In this document: positions 1 through 8,726 of the stretch, piece after piece
How positions within the stretch are numbered: position 1 is the first letter of the stretch
Layout: each line of letters begins with the position of its first letter
Assembly: GCA_964369795.1 (NCBI GenBank)
Contig: CAYJGX010000006.1
Span: forward strand, 1,499 to 53,884
Length of the DNA: 52,386 nt
Direction of reading: 5' to 3'
DNA from: an uncultured Spirochaetaceae bacterium
Lineage (GTDB): Bacteria; Spirochaetota; Spirochaetia; JAFGXN01
Position numbers and translations under genes: made by a program
Notes under the pieces: generated by a model
What the model was told of the DNA's origin: nothing
Database searches by the model: none
The model's input: only the letters and a program-made list of their open reading frames with translations

Positions 1-164
1 GCTTAGCGGTAGTAGCAGTGCCGAAGGGCATCCTTGCCCAAGGCAGCCCAAACGAAGTGCGGGCCAGGCTGCGAATGACGCGACCCAGAACGAAGCGAAG
101 CGAGTGGAGGGTAAGCCCCAAGACAAAAGAATCAAAAAAAATCGGGAAAATTGCTAGAGCATTC

Positions 165-193
165 TTGAAGTTGGAAAAAAATCTTTGTATATT
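165..193 (+). promoter_or_regulatory. Candidate sigma70-type promoter of htpG (TTGAAG - 17 nt - TATATT)
   Basis: TTGAAG lies at 165-170, followed by a 17-nt spacer and TATATT at 188-193. AGGAG (201-205) and ATG 212 follow. This is a pattern match only. Confidence 0.4.
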
Positions 194-211
194 ACAAAAA
201 AGGAGATGACG

Positions 212-2086
212 ATGTCACAATTTCAATTTAAAACCGAAGTTTCTCAATTAATGGAACTGATTATTCACTCTTTGTATTCGCACAAAGAAATTTTCTTACG
301 GGAGTTGGTTTCAAATGCCTCCGATGCGCTAGATAAACTCAAATATTTGACGCTTACAGATGAAAAGTTAAAAAGTTTGGATTTTTCGCCTCGGATCGAT
401 ATCAATTTTGAGGAAGAAAAGGGGATTTTGACGATTACCGATAACGGAATCGGGATGAATGAGGAAGAACTCATCAATAATTTGGGAACGATTGCCAACA
501 GCGGAACTAAGAATTTTCTTAAGAACTTAACGGGCGATGCGAAAAAGGACTCGAATTTGATTGGGCAATTTGGGGTTGGATTTTATGCTTGCTACATGGT
601 TGCCGATAAGGTCCAAGTGAAGTCAAAAAAGGCTGGCGAAGACAAAGGCTATGTCTGGGTGAGCGATGGAAAGAGCGAATTTACCATAGAAGAGATGGCG
701 AAAGAGGGTCAAGGTACCGAAATTAAGCTTTTCTTAAATGAAGAAGGCAAGGAATATGCTTCTAGGTGGCAAATCGAGACTTTGATTAAGAAATATTCGG
801 ATCATATTGCCGTTCCTATTTTCTTGACTTACGAAGATAGCTCCTACGAGCCAGCAAAAGAGGGCGAAGAAGCGGTTAAAAAAACCGAAATGAAGACCGA
901 ACAAATTAACAAGGCTTCGGCTCTTTGGCAAGTTTCTAAATCCGAACTAAAAGAAGAAGATTACAACGGCTTTTACAAGCAAATTTCCCACGATATGGAA
1001 GACCCTCTTATGACGATGCATACAAAGGCAGAGGGGACATTAGAGTATACGACTTTGTTTTACGTTCCATCAAAGGCGCCTATGGATATGAACTATGCCG
1101 ATTACAAGTCGGGTGTTAAGCTCTATGTTAAACGAGTTTTTATTACCGACGACAACAAAGAATTGCTTCCAACCTATTTGCGATTTGTTCGAGGGATAAT
1201 CGATAGCGAAGACCTTCCATTGAATGTGAGCCGAGAGATTTTGCAACAAAATCGCATTATGTCTTCTATTAAGAATGCATCGGTTAAAAAGATTTTAGGC
1301 GAAATTAAAAAATTATCAGAAAACAATGCAGAGCGTTTTGAAACCTTTATTAAGGAATTTAATCGCCCAATGAAAGAGGGGATTTTAAACGACTATGCAA
1401 ACAAAGATGCGCTTTTAGAAATCGTGCGTTTCAAGTCGACCGAGGTGGAAGGATTTACCAGTTTAGCTTCGTATAAAGAGCGAATGAAAGAGGATCAAAA
1501 AGCGATTTTCTTTATTTCTGGAGCAAAAGAAGATGCACTACGAAACAGTCCGCTGTTAAACGGTTATAAGGCAAAAGGAATTGAAGTTCTTATTTGTGAT
1601 GAAGATATTGATGATTTCGTGATGCCTTCGATTGGGAAGTATGGCGATTTAGATTTGAAAGCGGTTAATCGAAGTGATGCGGCGGAAGAATTTAAGTCTG
1701 AAGAAGATAAGCAAAAAGAAAGTGATTTTGCCCCTGTTATCGAAAAAATTAAGGCTGCACTTGAAGGACGAGTAAAAGATGTTAAAACTTCTTCGGCTCT
1801 TGGCGATTCTCCATCTGCTGTTATTGCAGACGAAAACGATCCAAATGCTCAAATGCAAATGATGTTTAAAATGATGGGGCAAGGCGACATGGGAGAAATT
1901 CTTCCTATCTTGCAAGTGAATCCAGACCATGCGTTGCTAAAAGCGATTGAAAGTGATGATAAATTAATAGAAGATATTTCTGCTGTGCTTCTTGATCAAG
2001 CGATTTTAATCGAGGGTGGGGAACTTAAAAAGCCTGCCGATTTCGTTGCAAAAATCAATAAGTTAATGGTTAAAGGAATTTACTGA
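212..2086 (+). CDS. htpG: Molecular chaperone HtpG (Hsp90 family)
   Basis: The product carries Hsp90 N-terminal ATPase motifs (RELVSNASDALDKLKY, DNGIGM, GQFGVGFYA) and has typical HtpG length. ATG 212 sits 6 nt after AGGAG. The track ORF begins at TTG 185, and ATG 206 is also possible. Confidence 0.95.
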   Translation: MSQFQFKTEVSQLMELIIHSLYSHKEIFLRELVSNASDALDKLKYLTLTDEKLKSLDFSPRIDINFEEEKGILTITDNGIGMNEEELINNLGTIANSGTKNFLKNLTGDAKKDSNLIGQFGVGFYACYMVADKVQVKSKKAGEDKGYVWVSDGKSEFTIEEMAKEGQGTEIKLFLNEEGKEYASRWQIETLIKKYSDHIAVPIFLTYEDSSYEPAKEGEEAVKKTEMKTEQINKASALWQVSKSELKEEDYNGFYKQISHDMEDPLMTMHTKAEGTLEYTTLFYVPSKAPMDMNYADYKSGVKLYVKRVFITDDNKELLPTYLRFVRGIIDSEDLPLNVSREILQQNRIMSSIKNASVKKILGEIKKLSENNAERFETFIKEFNRPMKEGILNDYANKDALLEIVRFKSTEVEGFTSLASYKERMKEDQKAIFFISGAKEDALRNSPLLNGYKAKGIEVLICDEDIDDFVMPSIGKYGDLDLKAVNRSDAAEEFKSEEDKQKESDFAPVIEKIKAALEGRVKDVKTSSALGDSPSAVIADENDPNAQMQMMFKMMGQGDMGEILPILQVNPDHALLKAIESDDKLIEDISAVLLDQAILIEGGELKKPADFVAKINKLMVKGIY

Positions 2087-2093
2087 AAACTCC

Positions 2094-2179
2094 AGAAGAG
2101 ATAAAATTCTTTTCCGTTTTTCGTTAAAGCCGATTCCTTTAGGCTTTAAATAAAACGAAAAACTAATTTTATCTCTTCT
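2094..2179. repeat. Long imperfect inverted repeat (about 31 bp paired in three segments) in the htpG 3' flank
   Basis: Positions 2094-2108 (agaagagataaaatt) pair perfectly with 2165-2179. Positions 2116-2123 pair with 2156-2163, and 2124-2131 pair with 2142-2149. The loop is 10 nt, and no U-tract follows on the + strand. Confidence 0.7.
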
Positions 2180-2302
2180 AAAAATGTTCCCTAACTTCCA
2201 TTCTAAATGGGTCAAGGAACCTTTTCGCTTGATTTGAGTTTTGCAAGCGAAAAGTTGGGTTTTGTTAAAGAATATTTATTAAAACTTCAAAAAGGGAAAA
2301 CA

Positions 2303-2560
2303 ATGAAATACGATTATACACCTAGAGGAGTTTGCACAAGAGGCATCTACTTTGATATTGAAGCTGGAAAGGTTACTAATATCGAATTTGATGGTGGATG
2401 TGATGGCAACTTGAAAGCAATCGCTACCCTTGTTGATGGGATGAGCGCACAAGAAATTTCAAAAAAGCTTGCGGGAAATACCTGTGGTCATCGCTCGACT
2501 TCTTGCGCCGATCAACTTGCAAAGGCGGTATTAGAGGCAGAGGCTAAGGCTAATTCATAA
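2303..2560 (+). CDS. TIGR03905-type four-cysteine TSCPD domain protein
   Basis: The 85-aa product has GVCTRGIYFDIE...FDGGCDGNL...CGHRSTSCADQLAKA, which matches the small TSCPD family. ATG 2303 follows AAAGGGAAAA. The 32 upstream codons of the track ORF (2207) are probably not translated. Confidence 0.8.
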   Translation: MKYDYTPRGVCTRGIYFDIEAGKVTNIEFDGGCDGNLKAIATLVDGMSAQEISKKLAGNTCGHRSTSCADQLAKAVLEAEAKANS

Positions 2561-2596
2561 TTGCTTTTATGATAATAACAATGATTTAATTTAGAG

Positions 2597-2636
2597 CTCC
2601 TACTTTGTCGTTTTGGCAGAGTAGGAGATTTTTTTC
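2597..2636 (+). terminator. Rho-independent terminator after the TSCPD gene
   Basis: The stem pairs ctcctact(ttg) with (cag)agtaggag and is followed by a T-run at 2629-2635. Confidence 0.75.
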
Positions 2637-2729
2637 TGTAATTATTAGGAATTTATTGAAAAAGAGAGAAAAGTTGTCTATTTTTGCCTTTTAATTCTAC
2701 ATAGTCGGAGACTTCGGTATATTATTATA

Positions 2730-2758
2730 TTGACAGTTAAAATGAACGGGCTTATAAT
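2730..2758 (+). promoter_or_regulatory. Consensus sigma70 promoter (TTGACA - 17 nt - TATAAT) of the giant lipoprotein gene
   Basis: TTGACA is at 2730-2735 and TATAAT at 2753-2758 with an exact 17-nt spacer. AAGGAGAG and ATG 2781 lie downstream. The TTG start of the track ORF is the -35 box itself. Confidence 0.7.
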
Positions 2759-2780
2759 TAAGGATAGAAGGAGAGATGAT

Positions 2781-5700
2781 ATGAAACGGATTTTATTAGC
2801 AATCAGTATCTTTTTAGTTTTTACTTGGGGATCCTGTCGAAGTACCACTTTCACACTTAATTTTGATGGAAATGGAGCAACGGGTGGCGTGATGGCTTCT
2901 GTGCTGTTCGAAGAGGGAAAGGAAGAGAACCTCCCTAGCAATGTATTTACGAAAGCTGATCATTCTTTTGTCGCATGGAACACCGTTGCAGATGCATCGG
3001 GGACTAGTTATCCAGATGGTGCCTCTATTTCGTTAACAAGTAGTTTAACACTATATGCAATTTGGCAAGAAGATTCCACGAATCCAGATCCTCCAGTTGA
3101 AACCTTTCGCGTTAGTTATAACACAAACGGGGGCGTAGAAATTCCTCCTGTCGATGTAGAAAAGGACAGCAAAGTAGAAAGACCAGAAGGTCCAATAAAT
3201 GATAAAGCAAGCGAATTTCTTGGTTGGTTTAAAGATGCAAATTTTGCAACTCCTTGGGTTTTTGATGTAGATCTCGTAACAGAAGATCTTACCTTGTATG
3301 CAAATTGGAAATATACTATTACGTTTAATGGGAATGGCGGAAGTTTGCCATTGGCAGAACAAACATATCAACAAATTTTTACTCATAATGAATTTCCATT
3401 CCTAGATGCAAATCTTTTCACCAATACAGAAAAAGGTTTTATTGGTTGGAGTGAAGTTGAGGGAGGTTCTCTTACCTACACCGACCGAGCAAAAATAGCA
3501 TTTAACGAGAATATGATACTATATGCGAGTTGGTCCGCTAGTTCTTATACTATTACTTATAGGGGAAATAATGGCAGTGTCCCAAACTCGGGAGATCCTC
3601 TTTTAACAGAATATACGCAAAATGTACCAGAAGGCAGTACGGTTCGTTTAATTATCAACAATTTTACTAATGGCGAGCAAGGTTTTGCTGGTTGGAATAC
3701 AAAGGAAATTCCAACAGAACATGAACCTGGTGAGAGCTTTCTCAATGGCGCAGAAATCACACCTGCAGGAGATATGACTTTATATGCACAATGGGCAGAT
3801 TCCGCGGTCATTGTATTCTTTAAAAATGATGGTGGGGAAGAGAGTAAAACTCAAACCATTGCCAAAGAGACAGAAACCCAACTAGATGCAAACACATTCG
3901 AATGGGATTCTCATCGTTTTGAAGGTTGGGCAGAAAGTGAAACAGGCGATGTTCTCTATGTAGATAAAGGATTGGTTACATTAGCAGGCAGTATCAACCT
4001 CTACGCAAAATGGACTCAATTTCATACTATTACTTTTAACGGAAATAACCCTACAACAGGCGAAATGGAATCTATCACTATCGATAATGGAGTTGTGACT
4101 AACTTGCCTGCAAACCTCTTTTCAAAAGATGGCCATAATTTTGCGGGTTGGACAATCACTCGAAATGCAGACGAAGTTGCATACGCTAACGAAGCAGAGA
4201 TCACAGGAACTGCTTCCTTTGAACTCTTTGCAAAATGGGAGCCAATTGTTTATACGATTACCTACAATGGAAGTGATGCAGCAGAAGCAAACTATACACA
4301 AAAATTTGAACACGATGCACGCGTTAGTTTAATTCCAAATGCTTTTACCAAGGCAGATCATACTTTTATTGGTTGGTCAGAAACAGAAGGTGGAACAACG
4401 GTCAATTATAACGAGGGTGCCGCTGTCGATTTTAATGAAGATAAGCCATTATATGCCATTTGGGAATCTACTGCTAATACATGGACCATTACTTTTATGG
4501 GTAGTGGAGGTAGTGTGCCTAATACCCTCCCTCCAATGGAAAGCTATACTCAAGCGGTTGTAAAAAACAGCAGTGCAAACCTTGTTATCAATAACTTTGT
4601 CTTTGGAGAGAGTGCTTTCTCTGGTTGGACAGTAACTGAAAATGGAACAACGGCCGAATATGCTAATGGGGACAGCATTACCCCAGCCGATAATATTACC
4701 TTGTACGCGGTATGGGCAGACGCTGCATTGGTTACCTTTTATGCAAATTATGAGGGTGATAATGGGATAAGTCTGACTCAAATTATGCTAAAAAATAAAT
4801 CGACCCCGCTAGATCGAAACAAATTCTCAAGACATCAATACTATTTTGAAGGATGGAACATAAATCCTACAGGTGGTGGAGATTTTTATGCTGATGAAGA
4901 GTTTGTTGAGTTAGCAGATGATATTGATCTATATGCACAATGGGTGCAAGCTCCTTATAGTGACAGTAATGGAAAATTCATCTACTCAAATGGACAAAAC
5001 CTCAAGTTAACTAAAGGTGCGACAGGTTCGACGGTTACATGGATTGAAAAAAATATCACTCTAGCAGAAATTAGTAGTGCTTATATTGCGGATGATAGTG
5101 ATTTAAGTGAATATGTAATTGTGGGAGCAGGTAACCACTTGCTAGAGGGTGGTGCCATTAAAGGCATTAAAGAGATGTCTAGTGTTACTATTAGCGGTGA
5201 ACTTGCAATTGGTAGCGAGGCAATTACACTCACCTCAGGTAGCCAACTTCAAGTTGGCGAACTTACTGGAGCCGATGATAGTATTCGTATAAAAACCTAT
5301 AACAACTTTGATGGAACAAAGATTGCAACTCTTGTTTCTGGCACCGCTTTTGATACAGTGAAAGAAAAACTCTATCTACTTAACAAAGAGGGGAATCTTA
5401 ACCTACAAATAAAAGCAGTAGAAGATGATATTCAAATTAATGGCTCGCTAGGATTAAGCCCCGATGACCAAGTTGAATGGAGAGACGATAATTCCTTTAA
5501 AGTTCCAACTGTAGTACTTGGAAAGCCAGGAACTATTTTTTCATTGTCTGTTGAGGATGGCTATTTTATGTTACCTGAAAGCAACTCGATTGGATATGCA
5601 GACTTTAATATGGCTATTCCTGTGGTCGATGACGGTTCTGGGCTTAAACCAAGCGGATATGTAGAAGCTTCAGAAGGCCTTAAAACGGATGGAAAATATT

Positions 5701-6545
5701 CCTATGTACAATTCTTTCCTTCTACTATTACCGATTCATTTCCAGCTGCAAACGCAGAAAACTTTGTGAAACAAGCCGTATTTTATCCGTTTGATGTAAC
5801 AAAAGGAATGAGCGTAAAAATTAACCTTGAAACTTTAGCGTTGACAGAGGGGGGATCAGAACCCATTATCAATACTTCGGGAACAGATTTTACTAAACCA
5901 ACCTACTTTAACGGAAGCTTTTATAAGGTAGTGTCGCAAGAGGGGGGTGTTACAATTCAATGGAATAATGCTTATGATGAAGCTAAAACTCAATCTTTTA
6001 ATGGTCTTAAAGGCTATCTAATGACGATAACTTCTAGTTCCGAAAATGATTTTATCTATGATAAAGCGGGGGGTGTAGGTAAAAATTCATGGATTGGCTC
6101 TACTCGTTTGCCAAGTGAAAATGGTTATGACAGTGACTTATGGGGTACTGTAAACACATCAAATTTGGTTACTAAGTGGAACTGGGTTTGTGGTCCAGAG
6201 GCGGGCAAAAGTTTTTTCCCAGTTGCTGAACATCCAGGGAAGGATTATATTATGCCAGATGGTGAGGTTGATTTTAGTTATAATAATTGGGGACTATTTG
6301 GTTGGGGGAACGAGCCTAATGCAGATTCTTATTCGCCAGGTGGAATTACATTTGTTGAAACTTGTGCACATTATTTTAGCTCAGGTGGACACGAAAAGAA
6401 GTGGAATGACGTTCCGCATCTTCCACAAGAAGATACTATAGTAGCAAACTACTTTTTAGAGTTTACACCTTATGAAGGTGGCTACAAAGAGGGGGAAGTT
6501 CATGCGAAACCTCTTAATGTAAAACAAATTTATAAGAAGCCATAA
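2781..6545 (+). CDS. Large surface lipoprotein with 9 InlB-type (Listeria-Bacteroides) B-repeats, an unassigned central region and a C-terminal C-type-lectin-like domain
   Basis: The signal peptide and lipobox read MKRILLAISIFLVFTWGSC. Nine repeats have the form F.GW...Y......LYA.W. The C-terminus contains WIGSTRL, WNWVCGPE, GNEPN and KKWNDVP, which are CTLD-like motifs. Confidence 0.85.
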   Translation: MKRILLAISIFLVFTWGSCRSTTFTLNFDGNGATGGVMASVLFEEGKEENLPSNVFTKADHSFVAWNTVADASGTSYPDGASISLTSSLTLYAIWQEDSTNPDPPVETFRVSYNTNGGVEIPPVDVEKDSKVERPEGPINDKASEFLGWFKDANFATPWVFDVDLVTEDLTLYANWKYTITFNGNGGSLPLAEQTYQQIFTHNEFPFLDANLFTNTEKGFIGWSEVEGGSLTYTDRAKIAFNENMILYASWSASSYTITYRGNNGSVPNSGDPLLTEYTQNVPEGSTVRLIINNFTNGEQGFAGWNTKEIPTEHEPGESFLNGAEITPAGDMTLYAQWADSAVIVFFKNDGGEESKTQTIAKETETQLDANTFEWDSHRFEGWAESETGDVLYVDKGLVTLAGSINLYAKWTQFHTITFNGNNPTTGEMESITIDNGVVTNLPANLFSKDGHNFAGWTITRNADEVAYANEAEITGTASFELFAKWEPIVYTITYNGSDAAEANYTQKFEHDARVSLIPNAFTKADHTFIGWSETEGGTTVNYNEGAAVDFNEDKPLYAIWESTANTWTITFMGSGGSVPNTLPPMESYTQAVVKNSSANLVINNFVFGESAFSGWTVTENGTTAEYANGDSITPADNITLYAVWADAALVTFYANYEGDNGISLTQIMLKNKSTPLDRNKFSRHQYYFEGWNINPTGGGDFYADEEFVELADDIDLYAQWVQAPYSDSNGKFIYSNGQNLKLTKGATGSTVTWIEKNITLAEISSAYIADDSDLSEYVIVGAGNHLLEGGAIKGIKEMSSVTISGELAIGSEAITLTSGSQLQVGELTGADDSIRIKTYNNFDGTKIATLVSGTAFDTVKEKLYLLNKEGNLNLQIKAVEDDIQINGSLGLSPDDQVEWRDDNSFKVPTVVLGKPGTIFSLSVEDGYFMLPESNSIGYADFNMAIPVVDDGSGLKPSGYVEASEGLKTDGKYSYVQFFPSTITDSFPAANAENFVKQAVFYPFDVTKGMSVKINLETLALTEGGSEPIINTSGTDFTKPTYFNGSFYKVVSQEGGVTIQWNNAYDEAKTQSFNGLKGYLMTITSSSENDFIYDKAGGVGKNSWIGSTRLPSENGYDSDLWGTVNTSNLVTKWNWVCGPEAGKSFFPVAEHPGKDYIMPDGEVDFSYNNWGLFGWGNEPNADSYSPGGITFVETCAHYFSSGGHEKKWNDVPHLPQEDTIVANYFLEFTPYEGGYKEGEVHAKPLNVKQIYKKP

Positions 6546-6565
6546 TCGGTATTAACGAGAGGCTA

Positions 6566-6608
6566 AAACTCCTGCTTCGTCAGTTTGACGGGGTGGGAGT
6601 TTTTTTTG
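6566..6608 (+). terminator. Rho-independent terminator of the lipoprotein gene
   Basis: A GC-containing hairpin (aaaactcctgcttcgtc...gacggggtgggagtt) is followed by T7 at 6601-6607. Confidence 0.75.
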
Positions 6609-6631
6609 TTAAAAATTGGAAAAGCTAAAGT

Positions 6632-6665
6632 AAAAAAGTGTCATACATATGTATGACACTTTTTT
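6632..6665. terminator. Palindromic hairpin flanked by A- and T-runs (candidate bidirectional terminator)
   Basis: The sequence aaaaaagtgtcatacatatgtatgacactttttt is a perfect palindrome. It lies between the convergent lipoprotein and binding-protein genes. Confidence 0.65.
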
Positions 6666-6719
6666 AAGGACGTTCAATTAATAAACAAAACAGTAGAGGA
6701 AAAGTTACTAAGCTAGAAA

Positions 6720-8666
6720 TTATTTTAAGTAAACGTATCGGATGTCTGTTCCCATGTCGTGGCCACCAAGTAGGTCGAAGGTAATGTTGCCAAAACGGTT
6801 TTTGTAGGCGGCGAAAGAGTAGGGGTAGGGAAGGTAGATGAGCGGGACTTGTTCTAGAATGAGGTGTTGGTAGCGGTCCCAAGAGTTTTTGGCATCTTCG
6901 GGGGTTTTGGCAAAACGGCCTTGGTTGTAGAGGGCGTCGACTTCAGCTTCCCAGGGAGTGACGGGGGAGGTTTGGTTGGGATGCCATAGGTGGAAATTGC
7001 CCGAAGATTGCCAGACGTTAGAACCGCCTGTGGGCCAATAGTTTCCCCCAAGAGCGACTGAGGTCATTTCCCAGTCGTAGGTTTTTAGGATGGAGTTGAC
7101 GAGTTTTTGAAAATCGGTAGGTTTTAAGTTTACTTTCATGCCGAGAGATTGGAGATTGTGAGCTATGATAGAAGCCATTTTTGCCATGAGGTCGTTGTCC
7201 CCTCCAAAGGAAAAATCAAATTCGATGAGGTTTCCTTTGGAGTCGGTTAAAGAGCCATTTGCGCCGGGAGTGATTCCAATTGAGGCGAGTAGGGAGAGGG
7301 CACGTTCTGGATCGTAGGTGTACTCTAGGGAAATTTCGGGATTGTACATTGAGTTTGCTTTGTTAAAAAATTCGTTGTTAGGTTCGGCTAGGCCAAGGTA
7401 GATTTGTGAGATGAGTTCTTGGCGGTTGATGGCACAACTGATGGCTTGTCGAAATTCTTTTTGGATGAACCATGATTGGACGACAGGATCGATGACGGCC
7501 GGATTTTGGTTTAGACAGATAAAACTTGAAGAGAGGCTAGCTCCGCCGAAGTAGATTCGAAAATCTTTTGATTCTTGTTCGGTGATAAGGCGTTCAAGTT
7601 TGTTATGGGGGACACCTGTAAAATCGGTTGTGCCGTTTAAGAATTCGAGAATAGCACTTTCGTCGTCTCGGATGATGTGATAGATAAGGCCATCGAGGTA
7701 GGGGAGGCGGTTGCCGGCGGCATCCCTTAAGAAGTAATGGGGATTGCGTTTTAGGGTGAGTTTGATGCCAGGTTGATAGCTATCGATGTAGAAAGGACCA
7801 CAGGTGGGGAGTTCTTTTGGATCTGTGTCGATGGCAAAGAGGTTATTGACGGCAGCGGCGGCTTTGCCTGATGCAATATTTTTAGCTTCGTCGGGGGTGC
7901 TAGTTTTGATGGCTTGGGAGTAGGCGTCATTGTAGGCGGACTCTTTTGCGGGTTGGAAAATAAAGTAGGGGCCAAAGTCGCCTGCGATTTCTAAAATGGG
8001 GTCGGAAGAGATTCGGGGGAAGGTGTAGAAATAGTTTTTATCGTCTATCGCCTCTATGGTGATTGATTTTTCGCTGCCGTCGGCCATTTTAACAAAGTGG
8101 TTTGCATAGGCGGGGTGTTGGATTGCAGGGTCGCCTTCGATTTCGTTAAACCAAAAGACGATGTCGCGGGAGGTAATTGGTACGGTTTTGTCGTCGTTTG
8201 GAAGGTACCAAACGGCAGAATCGTTTATTGTACAGTAAATTCGTTGAATGTCGTTTTGAATGTCGTTTTCGATGCGAAATGAAACGAGGCCAGGGGACCA
8301 TTGTCGCGTGAATGGATCGTATTGAACGGTAGAGGAAGAGGTCCAATCGATAGCGGTTCTTGAGTCGGTGTCGCGCGCGGTTAGGGTGTTAAAGGTCATG
8401 GGGTCGGCGGCAATTCGGCCATTCCAGTATCCGCCATAGGTGCCTATTTCGCGTTCTTCGCCGCGTTTTACTAAACATTCTGAGATAATGGCTTGTTTGT
8501 GGCTGTTGCCAGATTTTAGGCTAAGCGCTGTGGCTCTATCGACTTCGGGTAGTTTTGTGCAACCTGTAAAGGTAAAGACAAAGGTGAAAGTTAACATTTG
8601 TATTAACATCAATGTTAATTTTGAATCAATAAATCTGGTGCCAATTGTAAAACGGTTCATATACAC
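6720..8666 (-). CDS. ABC transporter substrate-binding lipoprotein, family 5 (OppA/DppA-like), orphan
   Basis: The 648-aa product has a signal peptide with lipobox FTFTGC. Its length and conserved segments fit peptide/nickel-type SBPs. No permease or ATPase genes are adjacent. Confidence 0.8.
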   Translation of the reverse strand: MYMNRFTIGTRFIDSKLTLMLIQMLTFTFVFTFTGCTKLPEVDRATALSLKSGNSHKQAIISECLVKRGEEREIGTYGGYWNGRIAADPMTFNTLTARDTDSRTAIDWTSSSTVQYDPFTRQWSPGLVSFRIENDIQNDIQRIYCTINDSAVWYLPNDDKTVPITSRDIVFWFNEIEGDPAIQHPAYANHFVKMADGSEKSITIEAIDDKNYFYTFPRISSDPILEIAGDFGPYFIFQPAKESAYNDAYSQAIKTSTPDEAKNIASGKAAAAVNNLFAIDTDPKELPTCGPFYIDSYQPGIKLTLKRNPHYFLRDAAGNRLPYLDGLIYHIIRDDESAILEFLNGTTDFTGVPHNKLERLITEQESKDFRIYFGGASLSSSFICLNQNPAVIDPVVQSWFIQKEFRQAISCAINRQELISQIYLGLAEPNNEFFNKANSMYNPEISLEYTYDPERALSLLASIGITPGANGSLTDSKGNLIEFDFSFGGDNDLMAKMASIIAHNLQSLGMKVNLKPTDFQKLVNSILKTYDWEMTSVALGGNYWPTGGSNVWQSSGNFHLWHPNQTSPVTPWEAEVDALYNQGRFAKTPEDAKNSWDRYQHLILEQVPLIYLPYPYSFAAYKNRFGNITFDLLGGHDMGTDIRYVYLK

Positions 8667-8726
8667 TTCCTTTTTATAAAATATAGCGAAAAGGGTAATC
8701 TGTCAACTTAGTTCACTTGACCGACG

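Noticed and set aside
1-125. Possible 3' portion of RNase P RNA (GAAUGAC...CAGAAC resemblance), or of SRP or tmRNA
   Set aside because: The universally conserved P4 3' strand (CCGGCUUA after ACAGAA) is absent. There is no SRP GGAA tetraloop context and no tmRNA T-arm (GGUUCRANUCC). I kept it only as an unassigned structured segment.
164-193. Sigma32-type heat-shock promoter upstream of htpG (CTTGAA -35 match)
   Set aside because: The -10 region (TTTGTATATT) lacks the CCCCAT core of sigma32 promoters, and the elements fit an ordinary sigma70 pattern equally well. No CIRCE inverted repeat (TTAGCACTC-N9-GAGTGCTAA) is present upstream of htpG or clpP.
18-209. 63-aa ORF (MPKGILAQGSPNEV...) upstream of and overlapping htpG
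   Set aside because: It lies in the GC-rich segment where several frames are open. It is rich in R and K and has low complexity. It runs through the htpG promoter-like elements, RBS and start, and has no RBS of its own.
2730-2780. N-terminal extension of the giant lipoprotein ORF (MTVKMNGLIIKDRRRDD)
   Set aside because: The TTG start coincides with the -35 box of a consensus promoter. The ATG at 2781 has a strong RBS and begins a canonical lipoprotein signal peptide.
8246-8269. 2 x 12-nt direct repeat (gaatgtcgtttt) inside the binding-protein gene
   Set aside because: It has only two copies, is in frame (NDIQNDIQ) and is too short to call a repeat element.
6664-8346. Several 60-75-aa ORFs antisense to or overlapping the OppA-like gene (6664..6882, 6854..7051, 7751..7975, 8097..8282, 8146..8346)
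   Set aside because: They have Pro/Ser/Thr-rich low-complexity translations and lie inside a well-supported 648-aa CDS. They are a by-product of the locally higher GC content.
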